DNA of 64,000 bases from Candidatus Methanomethylophilaceae archaeon (GCA_944320495.1 CALUHR010000008.1:32001-96000), one strand, 5' to 3'; positions 31,213-42,980 are shown, counted from the first letter of the stretch. Notes: generated by a model from the letters alone, not told the origin. Numbers and translations are program-made.

Positions 31213-32301
31213 TCGGAATCCGAACAGAGCCTTCGCATTGTCGACATGCTCCTCCGCATCGAGATGGAACGGACACCTCGAGGTGCACCTGCCACAGTGC
31301 AGACAGTCGGAAGCGTGCTTCGACAGAGCCCTGTAGTGCTCCCAGGCCATCTCGTCGCCAACGGCGAACAAGTCGCTGAACTTGTTGACCTTCCCGATGT
31401 CGATGCCTGCGGGGCACGGGAGGCAGTGGTTACAGTAGACGCACTGGTCCTACATGTCCGCCGCCGTCAGGCCGCCGATGAACGAGTAGTCCCTCTCCTC
31501 CCTAGAAGCGTCTAGGTACGAGAGCATAGCCTCGAGCTGTCCGACTGAGCCTATTCCCGGGACCACGGACACTGCCCCGGGGCGGTCCAGCGCGTACTGA
31601 ATGCACTGCGCCGGGGTCATCGCCCTCCCGAACGGGGAGGTCTCGGCATCCATCAAGATGCCTCCCCCATAGGGCTTCATCACGACTATCCCGATCCCCC
31701 TGCGCTCGCAGTCGCGGTAGAGCTCCAGCCTCTCGGGGTCCATCACGAGGCCGTTGTCCCCGGCCACGAAGTCATAGGTGGGATTGAGGCTGAGCATGAA
31801 GTCGTCGACAACCGTTTCCTCGATGAAGCGCCTGCATATCTCTGGGGTGTGAGACGTGAACCCGATGTTGTCCACGCGCCCCTCGTCCTTCCATTCGACC
31901 AGCATGTCGTACAGCCCATCGGACATGATGCGCTCGTAGTCCTGGGCCTCGTCGACGCAGTGGAAGAGCAGCAGGTCGGCGTGATCGAGACCGTACTTCC
32001 TCAGCTCGGTCTCGAAGGACTCGCGGCACTCCTCGGGGTCCCTCGTGGCCGCGTACTGACCTCCTGGGTAGTGTACGCCGGTCTGCAGCTGGAACACCAT
32101 CCCGTCTCCGTGCTCCCTGACGGCCTCCCTGATGGCGGGAGCGCAGGGGTCGTCATACATGGAGGTCTCCATGAAGTTGACGCCTGCGTCCATAGCCTTC
32201 GATACGATGGTGTGGACATCGTCACCCGCATCCCTGAGGAAGCCAGATCCAAGACCCAGTGCGCTGATCCTTTTACCGCTACGAAGTCTCCTGTACTCCA
32301 T
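31213..32301 (-). CDS. Aldo/keto reductase with 4Fe-4S domain, containing an in-frame TAG (likely Pyl); ends CGA-TGA
   Basis: After TAG (31452-31450) the frame continues DQCVYCNHCLPCP...CLHCGRCTSRCP, collinear with the paralog at 26130. 362 aa with readthrough versus 367 aa for the paralog. Confidence 0.88.
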
Positions 32302-32414
32302 GGGAACACCTACTAGTGACTGCATGTCAGCTATCTCCCGTATAATTACTATGTGGTCACGCTCACGAGAAGACGACATCGATATAACCGCACATAGCGT
32401 CCACCTCATCAGAC

Positions 32415-33614
32415 ATGGGGCAGGACATGTGGTGGCTGATGCACGGCGACATATCCGTCGCCTCGGTTCACATCGACAGATACGGTCATCTGACATCATT
32501 GGGAGAGATATTCGATGAAGATCATCTGCCAGTCGGTGTGAAGACCGGTGACAGGGAGCACACCCTCGAAGGACTCGATCGCTGGTGGTCGAAGCGCGCG
32601 ATACCCATCTCAAGACCCGGCGTGTCAGCCATGTTGGAATCCATGGGGATCGCATCCACGGAATCGCTTCAGATGATGTCCAAGGGACTGGGCCTCTCGG
32701 ACTCCTATTGGATCCGTCCGGAAGGATCGGACCTGTCATGGTCGGACGTGAACTTCCACGATAACGATTTCTCCGAGGAGGTCGGCAACGCCCTGTTCAA
32801 CCATGGCACGACCGACGTCCTGAACTTCGACTCCCCGGACTCCTCCTCGGACGGCAACCTCAGGAAGAGATGGGTGATCGAGGATGGGGTGAGGATCCTG
32901 ATGAAAGGCGGGAGCGGCCAGATGCAGGAACCGTTCAATGAGGTCCTTGCATCAGAGATCATGCGTCGCCTGGACGTACGGCACGTCGACTACAATCTGA
33001 GATGGGTTGATGGCGAGCCGTTCTCCGTCTGTCCAGCGTTCACCGACAGCCGCACCGAGCTCGTGCCTGCCTGGTCCGTGCTCGCGACGTGCAAGAGAGA
33101 AGATGGGGAGACGCTTTACGACTTCACGAGACGCTGCTTCGAGTGCTGCGGACTGAAGGACCCCACCGCTTCCCTTGAGAGGATGATTGCCGTTGATTTC
33201 CTGATAGCGAATGAGGACAGGCACCTCGGGAACTTCGGTCTGCTCCGCGACCCCGAGACTCTGAAAACCAAGGGGTTCGCCCCGCTGTACGACAACGGGG
33301 CCTCGCTGGGGCATCGCGTGATCACGCTCTGGATAGAGGAGGGTTACGACCTGATCTGCCGGCCGTTCAAGGTCACCCACGGAGAACAGATCCATCTGGT
33401 CAGGGACCTCGGATGGTTCGACCCCGACAGGCTGGAGGGCATGGACGACTTCGCCAAGGATCTGTTCGATGGGTCAAAAGGGTTCGTGGACGAGCGCAGG
33501 AACAAGGCGATCATCGGATTCCTACAGAGAAGGATCGACAAGCTCGCCCAGTACGCCGAGAGTCCGGACTTCCGGGACGACCGGCACCTGGACCTGAGAG
33601 TGGTAAGCGGCTGA
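32415..33614 (+). CDS. HipA-like Ser/Thr kinase 1
   Basis: DSYWIRP, DGNLRKRW, NEVLAS, NEDRHLGNFG, APLYDNG. Confidence 0.85.
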   Translation: MGQDMWWLMHGDISVASVHIDRYGHLTSLGEIFDEDHLPVGVKTGDREHTLEGLDRWWSKRAIPISRPGVSAMLESMGIASTESLQMMSKGLGLSDSYWIRPEGSDLSWSDVNFHDNDFSEEVGNALFNHGTTDVLNFDSPDSSSDGNLRKRWVIEDGVRILMKGGSGQMQEPFNEVLASEIMRRLDVRHVDYNLRWVDGEPFSVCPAFTDSRTELVPAWSVLATCKREDGETLYDFTRRCFECCGLKDPTASLERMIAVDFLIANEDRHLGNFGLLRDPETLKTKGFAPLYDNGASLGHRVITLWIEEGYDLICRPFKVTHGEQIHLVRDLGWFDPDRLEGMDDFAKDLFDGSKGFVDERRNKAIIGFLQRRIDKLAQYAESPDFRDDRHLDLRVVSG

Positions 33615-33699
33615 TGGTCGAGGCTATTCGGCGATCTCGTCCTGGACTCGTCTGTCTTCCTGTGACCCTGTCTCTTCGACTTCATATTACCCGCGGATG

Positions 33700-33843
33700 G
33701 CCTAGCTGACCAACTTCTCACGGAGAACCGTTTGTTCCCTTCCTCATCCGTAGCCGTGTGGGCCTCAACACAGGACATACGGTCACCGTGCCTGGGGCAC
33801 TCTGTCTCGGGGCAGTCGCAGTTCAGTTGAGCTCCTGAGCCAT
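33700..33843 (-). pseudogene. Possible small Cys-rich gene relic with a 5-nt duplication frameshift
   Basis: ATG GCT CAG GAG CTC AACTG AACTG CGAC...; removing one AACTG gives MAQELNCDCPETECPRHGD..SCVEAH. Confidence 0.3.
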
Positions 33844-34066
33844 GCGAGATGGGATGGAGCATCAGGATAGACCTGTTTCCCGGACGGCGTATCTCGTCTT
33901 TCGTGTGCCGACACCTGCTGTACGGACTCCTGAACAGAGTTGATATTGTTATCATACAATGCTTAATGACAATTTTTGATTAATAAATTGGATTAAGATA
34001 TCACATAAATTAATAATGTATGGTGATTGAGAAGATAGGATAAACCCTCGCGACATACGGTCATCC

Positions 34067-35236
34067 GTGTCGGAGGGACGTTTTCAGCTCATGCAAGGGG
34101 ACCACCGGGTCGCAGAGGTGTGCATCTCCGACAACGGCATTATGACGGAGCTACGTGAGATGTTCGATCCGGAGAGGATGCCCTGGGGGACCATTGGCAC
34201 CGACCCCGGCGATACCATCAGAAGGCTCGGAGAATGGTGGGGATATCGCTGCATCCCGAGGAAGAGGAACATCCAGGACGCACTGGGTCGCCTCGGATTC
34301 AGCTCGAGCGAGGCGCTCATGACCGCTGGCCTGGCGGTCAACATGACGGACCGCTACTGGATCCGCCCGAACGGGAGCGGCCTGTCGTGGGACGATGTCA
34401 GCCCCCACACCAACGACTTCTCCGAGACGCTGGGCAGGACGCTGCTCGGTAAGGGGGACGGGTTCGAACCGTCTCCGGACTGCGCCACCGACGGGATGGT
34501 CCCGAAGATGTGGACATCGGAACGTCGCCTGCTCAAAGGCGGGACGACCCGCTGCAGGCAGCAGCCGTACAACGAGGTCCTGGCCTCGGAGGTCATGAGA
34601 CGCCTCGACGTGGAGCACGTCGATTACGATCTGAGGCGCATCGACGGGAAGGTTGTCAGCTCGTGCCCGTGCATCACCTCAGAAGGGGTGGAGATGATAC
34701 AGGCCAGATGTCTGATGATGACCCGCCCGATGGACAGGTCTAAATCCATCTACCACCACCTCATGGAGAGATGCGGGAGCATAGGCCTCGTGGACCCGAA
34801 GGACTTCGTAGACAGGATGCTCGTCGTCGATCACATCATGGCGAACAACGACCGGCACTACAACAACTTCTCCATCCTCAGGGACCCGGAGTCGCTAGAG
34901 GTCCTCGGCTTCGCCCCCATATACGACACGGGCTCGTCCCTGGGCTACGACCTCCGGGTCGGGGACATCTCTGGATCGGAGACGAGGGGCAGGACGTTCA
35001 AGGCACGTCTCGACGACCAGTTGCTGCTCCTCGGGGACACGGACTGGATCGATCTGGACGCTCTCGAGGGGATCGACTCCTTCGCCCGTCGTCTGATGGG
35101 AGGCTCGGAAACGGTCTCGCCCGAGAGGGTGGAAGCGGTCGTAGAGCTCCTGCTGTCCCGTATCGAGTCGCTGAGGGACCGCATCGAGAATCCACGCGGA
35201 TTCCGCGACGAGCCGTCCGAGGACATACCGGTCCGA
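34067..35236 (+). CDS. HipA-like Ser/Thr kinase 2; ends at CGA
   Basis: DRYWIRP, DGMVPKMW, NEVLAS, NNDRHYNNFS, APIYDTG. CGA at 35234-35236 falls at about the paralog's C-terminus (389 aa). Confidence 0.85.
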
Positions 35237-36642
35237 TCGTCGTGTTGTCAGCAAATGTCGTCAATAATTCTCACTGCGAACTTGGAGAGCACCAGCTTAC
35301 GTTCCTGCATGCGAATATCTTGTCTCAGATGTGTAGCTAATATAATTTATCTGATAGCTATTCTTGATTAATTAATTTTAAACTATTCCCATTCATCTCT
35401 GAATACAGCGAAAACATTGTTTCAAAGGCGCAGAGACTCGATTCAACGATGAGACGTATTCAACCGATCATGGGATTATCAGCATCCATCGGGCAACGGG
35501 ATGATGTCTTTGTCATGCGGATGGTGGCCCTTGCATTAGGGCGGACAGTGGAGCCGTCAGTCCAGGTTCATCGATTGTTCAACCGTGTTGATGAAATCGA
35601 CTCTACACTCATGTTCGATCCATGGCCGTCTCCAGTCGATTAGGAGGGGTGTGGAATCCAACTCGGGAATCATCAATCCTTCTGATGGAAAGAGACCCCA
35701 TGCATTGCAAGATGTCCGACCTACAGTGATCAACCGGCAGATCATATCAGAGCAGATGGAACCAGACCGATGTATCCGGATCTAGATCGGATCGGACGAC
35801 GTCAGAAAGGCAGAGGAGCCACTTCTACCTCACAGCAATGAGCTGATGCACTCGGACATCGACTCTGTTCCGCATGCACGTGGGATGTCTGCGGCGCTCA
35901 TTCTTGCTGTCTACATGAAACCTGATATCGGAGCCTCTCGAAGACGATACCGAAGACTCGATGCATTGTATCGATACAAATCAAGTGTATTAAGATATCA
36001 ACTTAATTAATTACAAATAGCAAACAAAATGCAGAAACCTGGTGCAAAATTTAATTAATTGAGGTAGAAAAAGAGGAAGATATCGGGGTCGATCGGAGCG
36101 GCTTCGAAACCCCTCGAAATCGCACGAAAACCCCACCCTTTTCGGTGATTTTCCGGGATCCCAAGTACACATTCGGGAGGCCGTCGTGGACACGAAGGTG
36201 CCCAAAAACCGATGATTTTTCCAAATCGGATCCATAAATGAAGATTTTCTGCCTATGTGCAGAAAATGACCCTGAAATGTGCGATTTGCACTAGATTTTT
36301 GAGAAATTCTTCATATTCGAGAATAAATGATGAAATAACGATATTTGCTTTATTTTATTAGTACCTGTGAATCCTATTGGGTTCCTTCCGGGTACAATGC
36401 AACGATACTCGAAAAATGACGTTTTCAAATGATAAATGGAGAATTCATTAAAATCTGAGATTAATAAATGTAATAAATGCTCTAGCTTTATTTTATAAGC
36501 ATTCTGTATGGATTCAAAGAACGAATGCAAAGATGTGAGATTAATCAATGAAGTAAAGTTATCTACTTTACTAATATCGATAAAATAAGAAATGAGGGTT
36601 TTAGGGCGGAACTGCCGCGTAGAGACGATTCCGCCCATGGAA

Positions 36643-37833
36643 TCAGAGTTCGTCGCGCAGGTACATCATCATCCCCTGCAGGGAGTTGAGCACCTGGGAG
36701 TATCCGTATTCGAGCTGAGCCTCCTCGGGCGTCAGGGAGCCGACGTACTCGTCCTGATGCCGGGGATCCCTGGATTCGCTGAGGACGGTGATGATCCTGC
36801 GGAATCCGTCGAGGACGCTGTCGTGGTCCTGGAAATCGATGGAGAGGATCGCATCGCACACCGAGATGTCGGTCTTGAGGAAATCGACGATGTCGTCGCA
36901 CACCTCGAGCGGTATGTCCCCGTTGACCGCCGAGTCGAGGAACAGATCGATCTTGGAGTCCTTCATGTCGCGGACGCGCTGTATGATGTCGACCTTCTCC
37001 CTGCTGAGGAAGGCGCCCTGCGCATTGCCCTGCGTTTCGACGGCGGCTTCGTCGGCGGGGGCCTCTTCGGGCTCGGGTTCGGAAGCGGGGATCTCGGATT
37101 CGGTCCCTTCGACCTCTGCGACAGGTGGTTCCTGCTCGACCGGTTCCGGTTCGGCAGAGGGAGCCTCCGGCTCGGTGACCTCCTCCTCGACAGGGGCCTG
37201 CGCCTCCTGGACGGGTTCGGCGCTGTATGCCGACTCTAGGACGGAGAGCTTCTGCTCGGCGAGCATGAGGTCGGTCTTCAGGGAGGCGATGGTCGCGCGT
37301 AGACTCCCGTTCTCTTCGGAGAGACGGTCGCGTTCCGCCTCGGCCTCGGACAGCTGGTCCCTGGCGGTCTGGGCGTCACCCCTGGCGAATTCGAGCTCGG
37401 ACGACATCTCATCCACGCGGGCCCTGCAGGACTTGAGTTCATCCATCACGGATGCGAGGGCATCGCTGTCATCGTGAGCGTTGAGCGATTCGGCGGCCTG
37501 CCTGATGATCTCGCGGACGCTGCCGAGCAGCTCGTCGTCGAATCCCTCCACGGTCGGTTCCGATTTGAGCGCATTGAACGCATCCTCGTCGGCCCTCTCC
37601 GACGAGGAGAGCCTCGACAGGTATTCCGGGGAATCAAGGGGATCCAGCTCGATGGCGGTTTCGCCCTCGGTGTCCAGGAGGGTATCGCAGGCATCGATGT
37701 CGTCCCCCAATGAGACGATGATATCGATGTACGTGTCGACGTTGGAGCTGTCGATCTTCGCCATCGAGGCGAAGACCATGATCTCGTTCAGCTTACGGTC
37801 CCTTACCCTGGTGATCAGGTTTGCATCCCACAT
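36643..37833 (-). CDS. Hypothetical acidic coiled-coil protein
   Basis: C-terminal part of track ORF 36643-38667, from ATG 37833 (MWDANL); E/P/A-rich linker; ends TGA. Confidence 0.65.
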   Translation of the reverse strand: MWDANLITRVRDRKLNEIMVFASMAKIDSSNVDTYIDIIVSLGDDIDACDTLLDTEGETAIELDPLDSPEYLSRLSSSERADEDAFNALKSEPTVEGFDDELLGSVREIIRQAAESLNAHDDSDALASVMDELKSCRARVDEMSSELEFARGDAQTARDQLSEAEAERDRLSEENGSLRATIASLKTDLMLAEQKLSVLESAYSAEPVQEAQAPVEEEVTEPEAPSAEPEPVEQEPPVAEVEGTESEIPASEPEPEEAPADEAAVETQGNAQGAFLSREKVDIIQRVRDMKDSKIDLFLDSAVNGDIPLEVCDDIVDFLKTDISVCDAILSIDFQDHDSVLDGFRRIITVLSESRDPRHQDEYVGSLTPEEAQLEYGYSQVLNSLQGMMMYLRDEL

Positions 37834-37893
37834 GAGGCACGAATCGTGTCGATGTGATATAGAGTTGCGGATGCGTATTCGCTTGAATCGGAT

Positions 37894-38667
37894 TCGAGGC
37901 GAGAGGCTGCGGTCGGAGGAGAGCGGATAATCTGAATTGAATGCGCATCTGGCGTACATGGCGGCCACATATCTGGGCATCTCCCTGCGGAAGGCCGTGA
38001 GCGCATCGGATTCCTTCATGTCCAGGACGTCGCCGAACATGGAATCGAATCCCTCCTCGGACACCGTGCCCAACGAGATGCAGACCTTCGAGATCTCGGA
38101 ACTCTCGACGTTGCCGAGGGAAGCGATGCGAAGCAGCACGGAGCACTCTCTCCTGGTGACGGAGATGTAATCGGTAATCCCCTCCAGTATCTCCGGGTCC
38201 TGTCCAGAGCAGCGTTCGGACGCGCGGTCCATGAGGTCCATGACACGGCGGAACACCAGGGAGTCGCTGTCTGTGAGAGAGCATTCCGGCCTCCCATCGC
38301 GGAAGATGTCCAACGCCATCATGAGCAGCGGGGTCTGGCCGGTGAGCTCCTGTATCATCCAGACGAAATGACCCTCGTCCTCCATGTCCTCCCTGTCCAG
38401 CCTGTCGAGATAGGAGGAGAACATCTCCGTCGGCATGGGAGGGCATCCCTCGGTCAGGGTGTCCATCATCTCCTCGAACTCTGTCAGGTCGTTGACTCCG
38501 ATCTTCGCGATGCACCGGGCGTAGTTGATCTGTCCCGCAAGGATCCTGACCTTGATCGACCTCTCAGTCTCGCTCAGCGACTGGTCGAACGTTGCGGCGG
38601 CTATCTCGCAGCTCTTGCGGACGATGATCCTGCGCAGAATCTGTATGTCGAGATAGTCGAATAACAT
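37894..38667 (-). CDS. Hypothetical protein (257 aa); ends at CGA
   Basis: N-terminal part of the track ORF; four in-frame CGAs in the following AT-richer linker. Confidence 0.62.
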
Positions 38668-38815
38668 GTTCTCTCACTCCTTTGCATCAATTAAATCTTG
38701 TAAAGCTATCACATGAATTATTCTATATTTATCATCAAGCAATCTTCTAATGCAACCTCATCGCGAGATGCGTTAGGGCCCCCATCGGAATCCGCTATAT
38801 CAAATGGCTGGGGAA

Positions 38816-40525
38816 TCGGTCGATCCGTGGAGGGAACAGGATCTTCACGGTGTCCCCGTCGGTGGTTATGCCCTCCGATACCTCTACACGCAGCATCCTA
38901 CCGTCGGGATGCTGGACTATGTCACCATCCGATAAGTCCTCGTCTGCCGCCAGGATGTGGTAGAGCAGGTCGTTCATGAACGTCAGGAGCGTATCGGGTC
39001 TGTCGCGGCATCCCACCGTCTCTACCTCGAGCTTGCCGAACAAGTGTAGCCCGCAGGTGTAGGACCTGACCTCACCATCGCGGTGGGACAGCCCCACCCA
39101 GACCCAGTCCCCAATCGGAAGGGCGCCGTCCCTGATGGACTCGGCTTCACGGACGTAGTCGTCAGCGCTGATGACTGCACCGGGGATGTACACCCCGATG
39201 GTGCCGGGCTGCCTGCAAACGGCCGAGACGATCTTGGTGTGCAGGGTGGCGGCCGCGATGCAGTCGCTGCCGTGATTCACCAGGGCGACCATGATGTGGG
39301 CCCTGTGCTGCCCGACCCTGTCGCGGGCATCGGGCCAGCGGTAGTTGTTGAGGGCGTTCTCCTCCGCCTCCCCGTCGGGGACGGGTCCGGAGGTCTTGCT
39401 GATGATGACCAGGTCCCCGTCGCATTCGAACGTGAGGTTGGACCCGTCCGTGCTGAAACGGCAGCGTATGCCCCATTGGGACACGAGGTCGAACTGTATC
39501 CTGTCCGGATCCCACGCGTCCTCCTCCAGTAGGACCATGGCGATGAACGGGCCACCCCTGTCGCGTGGGACATCGAGGGACATCCTCTCGTCGAACGATG
39601 CTATGACGGGCTCCTGTCCCCCGTACCCGGCGAAGCTCAGGAACGACCTGAGTCCGCGGTCTACGCTGACGGCATACAGCGGCCTCCCCTCCACCCTCCT
39701 GCCGAGAGCGGCGCGGGCGGCGTCCTCCATGTCGGGGATGGCGTCGATGATGCGCCTGATGTCCTGCACCGGGATCTTGGACAGGTACGCCTCGTTCATC
39801 ATGAGGGTCACGAACACCGACCCCCCGGGGAGGTCCATCACGTAGGTGCAGTATGGATGGTCGGCGATCCAACCGGCGGGGCGGAGGGCTTCCTTGACCT
39901 CGCGGAGCCCTTCCGGGTCGACCATAATGCCCTTGACGGCCTCGACGGCGGTCCGATCCGGGGAATCCTCCCCGGGCTGGCGGGACTCCATCTCCTCGAT
40001 GGTCCTGCATGCCTCGATGTCACCCATCAGAGCGGTGAAGTCCGGATCCGCCGGAACGAGATCGAGGCCCCTCCTGGCGGCGGAGAGGGCCTTGGAGCGG
40101 TCCCCGTAGTGGCAGTAGAGCCTTCCGAGGGTCAGCCAGTTCCAGGGATAGGAGGGTTCCTCGTCGGTACCGCGGAGGAGATACTCCATGGCGAGACGCG
40201 GCCTCCCGCAGTACATGAGGGCGTTGGCGTACCTGTAGAACCACACGCCACAGCCGCGGGCCAGGTCCTCCACGTCGGAGAGCCACTGGAGGGAGGTCCT
40301 GAAGTGCTCATAGTCTCCGATGTTGTTGCAGGCGTAGGCGATCATGAGCGCCACATCAAGGTCATGATGGGCCTGCCTCTCGGTGAACCTGCCCTCCGAC
40401 ACGCCGACTGCTATGATGCGGCCGATGCAGTCGAGCATGCCTTCGAAATCTCCGGACGAATCGTCCTCGTAGGACTGTATCTCTCTGAAGTCCTCCGGAC
40501 GGAGGACTCCTCCGAGATCGTTCAT
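38816..40525 (-). CDS. TPR-module + DUF4261-like protein; ends at CGA
   Basis: WFYRYANALMYCGRP TPR-like module; C-terminal HRAHIMVAL, YTCGLHLFGKLEVE. CGA at 38818-38816 precedes the track's TAG. Confidence 0.65.
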
Positions 40526-40633
40526 GGTCTTCCATATCGACGGAAAGGTAAAAATCCGCTTCGGTTCGTCTACGTTTGAAGGGATGGAAGTCGTGAGCGA
40601 TTATGTAATTGATGACCTTTGATGCATGGCCGT

Positions 40634-41545
40634 TCGGCCCCGCCTCACGTCGATGTCCAGATCGTCCGAGCTCACATAGCCGGCCACGCCAATCTCCATC
40701 GCGCGGATGAGGTGCTTCTCGGCCTCCTCGGTCCTGCCCACCTTCATGAGGGCGCTGGCTAGGTCGTGGTGCAGGGTGACGAGCGCCTCCCTGTCGTAGG
40801 CCATGTGGTTCTCCATCATGCTCTCCATGATACCCACCGCCGCGGTGAGGTCCGCGACGCTGTCCTCGTGCCTTCCAAGGTCGGTCTCGCTGCCGGCCTT
40901 CATGACCAGGTCCATGATTAGCGCGTCCGGCTCCTCCAGGACCCCCCTGGACATTAGGTCCGAGCCGATCGCTATGGCTATCGAGTACTGCTCCACCGAG
41001 GCTTCCACGTTGCCGAGGCCGTCCAGGGCCTCCGCGGCGAGGGAGCGCAGCTCCATGCGCCTGTTGTCCGACCATGGGTCGAAACCGCCTAGGATGTCCA
41101 GCCCCTTGCGGATGAAGGGCTCCGAATCCTCCGGATGCTCGGAATCGATGAGGTTCTCGGAGACTGAGATGCACATCCTGACGATGCTGCGCAGGTCGTA
41201 GTGCCTGGAATCGGGGCCCAGGTCCCCGAGACGCTCGGCCGCGATGTCGTACTCCTCCACAGGGTCGCCGTCCTGGTCGAAGATCAGGGAGCCCATCGTG
41301 ACGTGTATCTTCACGAAGGTGCCCGCGTCGACGCGCACGCCATCGGACTCGAGATCGGCGGCGAGGTCGGCCGCGCTCTCCAGATCGTCCAGAGCGGACG
41401 TGCGGTACTCGAGCATGGCCAGGACGTTTCCGCGGTTGACGTAAGCCTCCAGGAGGTCCCCGCGGTCTCCGCCGTCCTCCAGGGAGTTGACCCTGTCGTT
41501 GAGGTCCTGCAGCGTGTCTTCCAGGTGGGAATCCGTCCTCTCCAT
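40634..41545 (-). CDS. TPR-like helical repeat protein; ends at CGA
   Basis: EAYVNRGNVL, HHDLASALMKVGRTEEAEKHLIRAM; CGA at 40636-40634. Confidence 0.65.
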
Positions 41546-41639
41546 CGGCCCGCGATTGACTGCGACGGTTAAAACAGTTCGTCAGGGCCGTTCAGTGTGA
41601 CTGCGCCAAGGTTAGATAGTATCCGTCCATTGCGCGGTC

Positions 41640-42980
41640 ATGAAGCACGAAAGGATCCTCGCCGTCCATGACATCTCATGCGTCGGCAGATGCTCGCTGA
41701 CCGTCGCCCTCCCCATAGTATCCTCCGTAGGGATAGAGTGTTCCGGGCTCCCCACGGCCGTGCTGTCGACCCATACCGGCGGATTCACCGGGTACACCTA
41801 CAGGGACCTCACCGAGGACATGGTCCCCATAGACGAGCACTGGAGGACCCTGGACATAAAGTTCGACGCGTTCTACACCGGGTTCCTCGGATCCTTCGAG
41901 CAGATAGATATCGTCTCCAGGCTGTTTGACGACCTCAGCCACGAGGGCACCACCATCTACGTGGATCCCGTCATGGCCGACGGCGGGAAGCTCTACCCCG
42001 TCTTCGGACCCGACTTCCCCAAGGGAATGAGGAGGCTTTGCGAGAAGGCGGACGTCATCATGCCCAACCTGACCGAACTTTGTCTGATGCTCGACGAGGA
42101 GTGGATCCCCGGCCCGTACACCCACGAGTACGTGGACTCCATGATCGAGAAGGCCCGCGGGTTCGGCGTCAGCAAGGTCGTCCTCACCGGGATCAGCTTC
42201 GAGGAGGGGCAGGTCGGCGCCGTCTACAGGGACTTCGAGACCTGCGAGACCGGATCCGTCATGCGTGCGGAGATCCCCGGATACTACCACGGGACCGGCG
42301 ACGTCTTCGGATCCGCTCTGGTGGGGGCGTGCGAGTGCGGGCTCCCGCTCTCCAAGGCCGTGGAGGCAGCGGTGAACCTGACCGTGAGCAGCATCATCCG
42401 TACCTATGAGTCCGGGGAGGACGTGAGGTACGGCGTCAACTTCGAGATAGGCCTCCGCGACTACATCGCCGAGGTGGATGCCGGCCGTCCGGTGAAGGTC
42501 CGTCCCGCAGTGTCCGACTGGGACCTGTCGATAGTCGAGGACATCGCCAGAGAGGTCTGGACCGAGGCCTACGAGGGCGTGGTGCCCCGCGCACAGACCG
42601 ACTACATGGTCGAGAAGTTCCAGACGGTTCCCGCCCTCAGGGAGCAGATCTCCCGCGGTTACACCTATCTGCTCGTCACCGTCGACGGGACTCCAGCGGG
42701 ATACTGCGGATACGTCCCCGACGACAGGGGCCTGTTCCTCTCCAAGATCTACATCAGGAAGGAGTTCAGGGGAACCGGCCTCTCCTCCCGCCTGTTCGAC
42801 ATCCTCCGCGTCACCGCCAGGACCATGGGCAAGGACCGCGTGCATCTGACGGTGAACAGGGACAACGCCCGCGCCATCGCCGTCTACGAGCACGAGGGCT
42901 TCTCCGTCTCCGGCACCGCGGACACCGACATCGGCGAGGGCTTCGTGATGAACGACTACCTGATGGAGATGAGGGTCTAA
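41640..42980 (+). CDS. pdxK: Pyridoxal kinase fused to a C-terminal GNAT domain
   Basis: VHDISCVGRCSL, VDPVMADGG, PNLTE, YHGTGDVF, then LSKIYIRKEFRGTGL..NARAIAVYEHEGF; ends TAA. Confidence 0.88.
   Translation: MKHERILAVHDISCVGRCSLTVALPIVSSVGIECSGLPTAVLSTHTGGFTGYTYRDLTEDMVPIDEHWRTLDIKFDAFYTGFLGSFEQIDIVSRLFDDLSHEGTTIYVDPVMADGGKLYPVFGPDFPKGMRRLCEKADVIMPNLTELCLMLDEEWIPGPYTHEYVDSMIEKARGFGVSKVVLTGISFEEGQVGAVYRDFETCETGSVMRAEIPGYYHGTGDVFGSALVGACECGLPLSKAVEAAVNLTVSSIIRTYESGEDVRYGVNFEIGLRDYIAEVDAGRPVKVRPAVSDWDLSIVEDIAREVWTEAYEGVVPRAQTDYMVEKFQTVPALREQISRGYTYLLVTVDGTPAGYCGYVPDDRGLFLSKIYIRKEFRGTGLSSRLFDILRVTARTMGKDRVHLTVNRDNARAIAVYEHEGFSVSGTADTDIGEGFVMNDYLMEMRV

Noticed and set aside
35237-36642. Replication origin call
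   Set aside because: No ORB/mini-ORB consensus or orc1/cdc6 gene was seen; kept only as an unexplained AT-rich tract.
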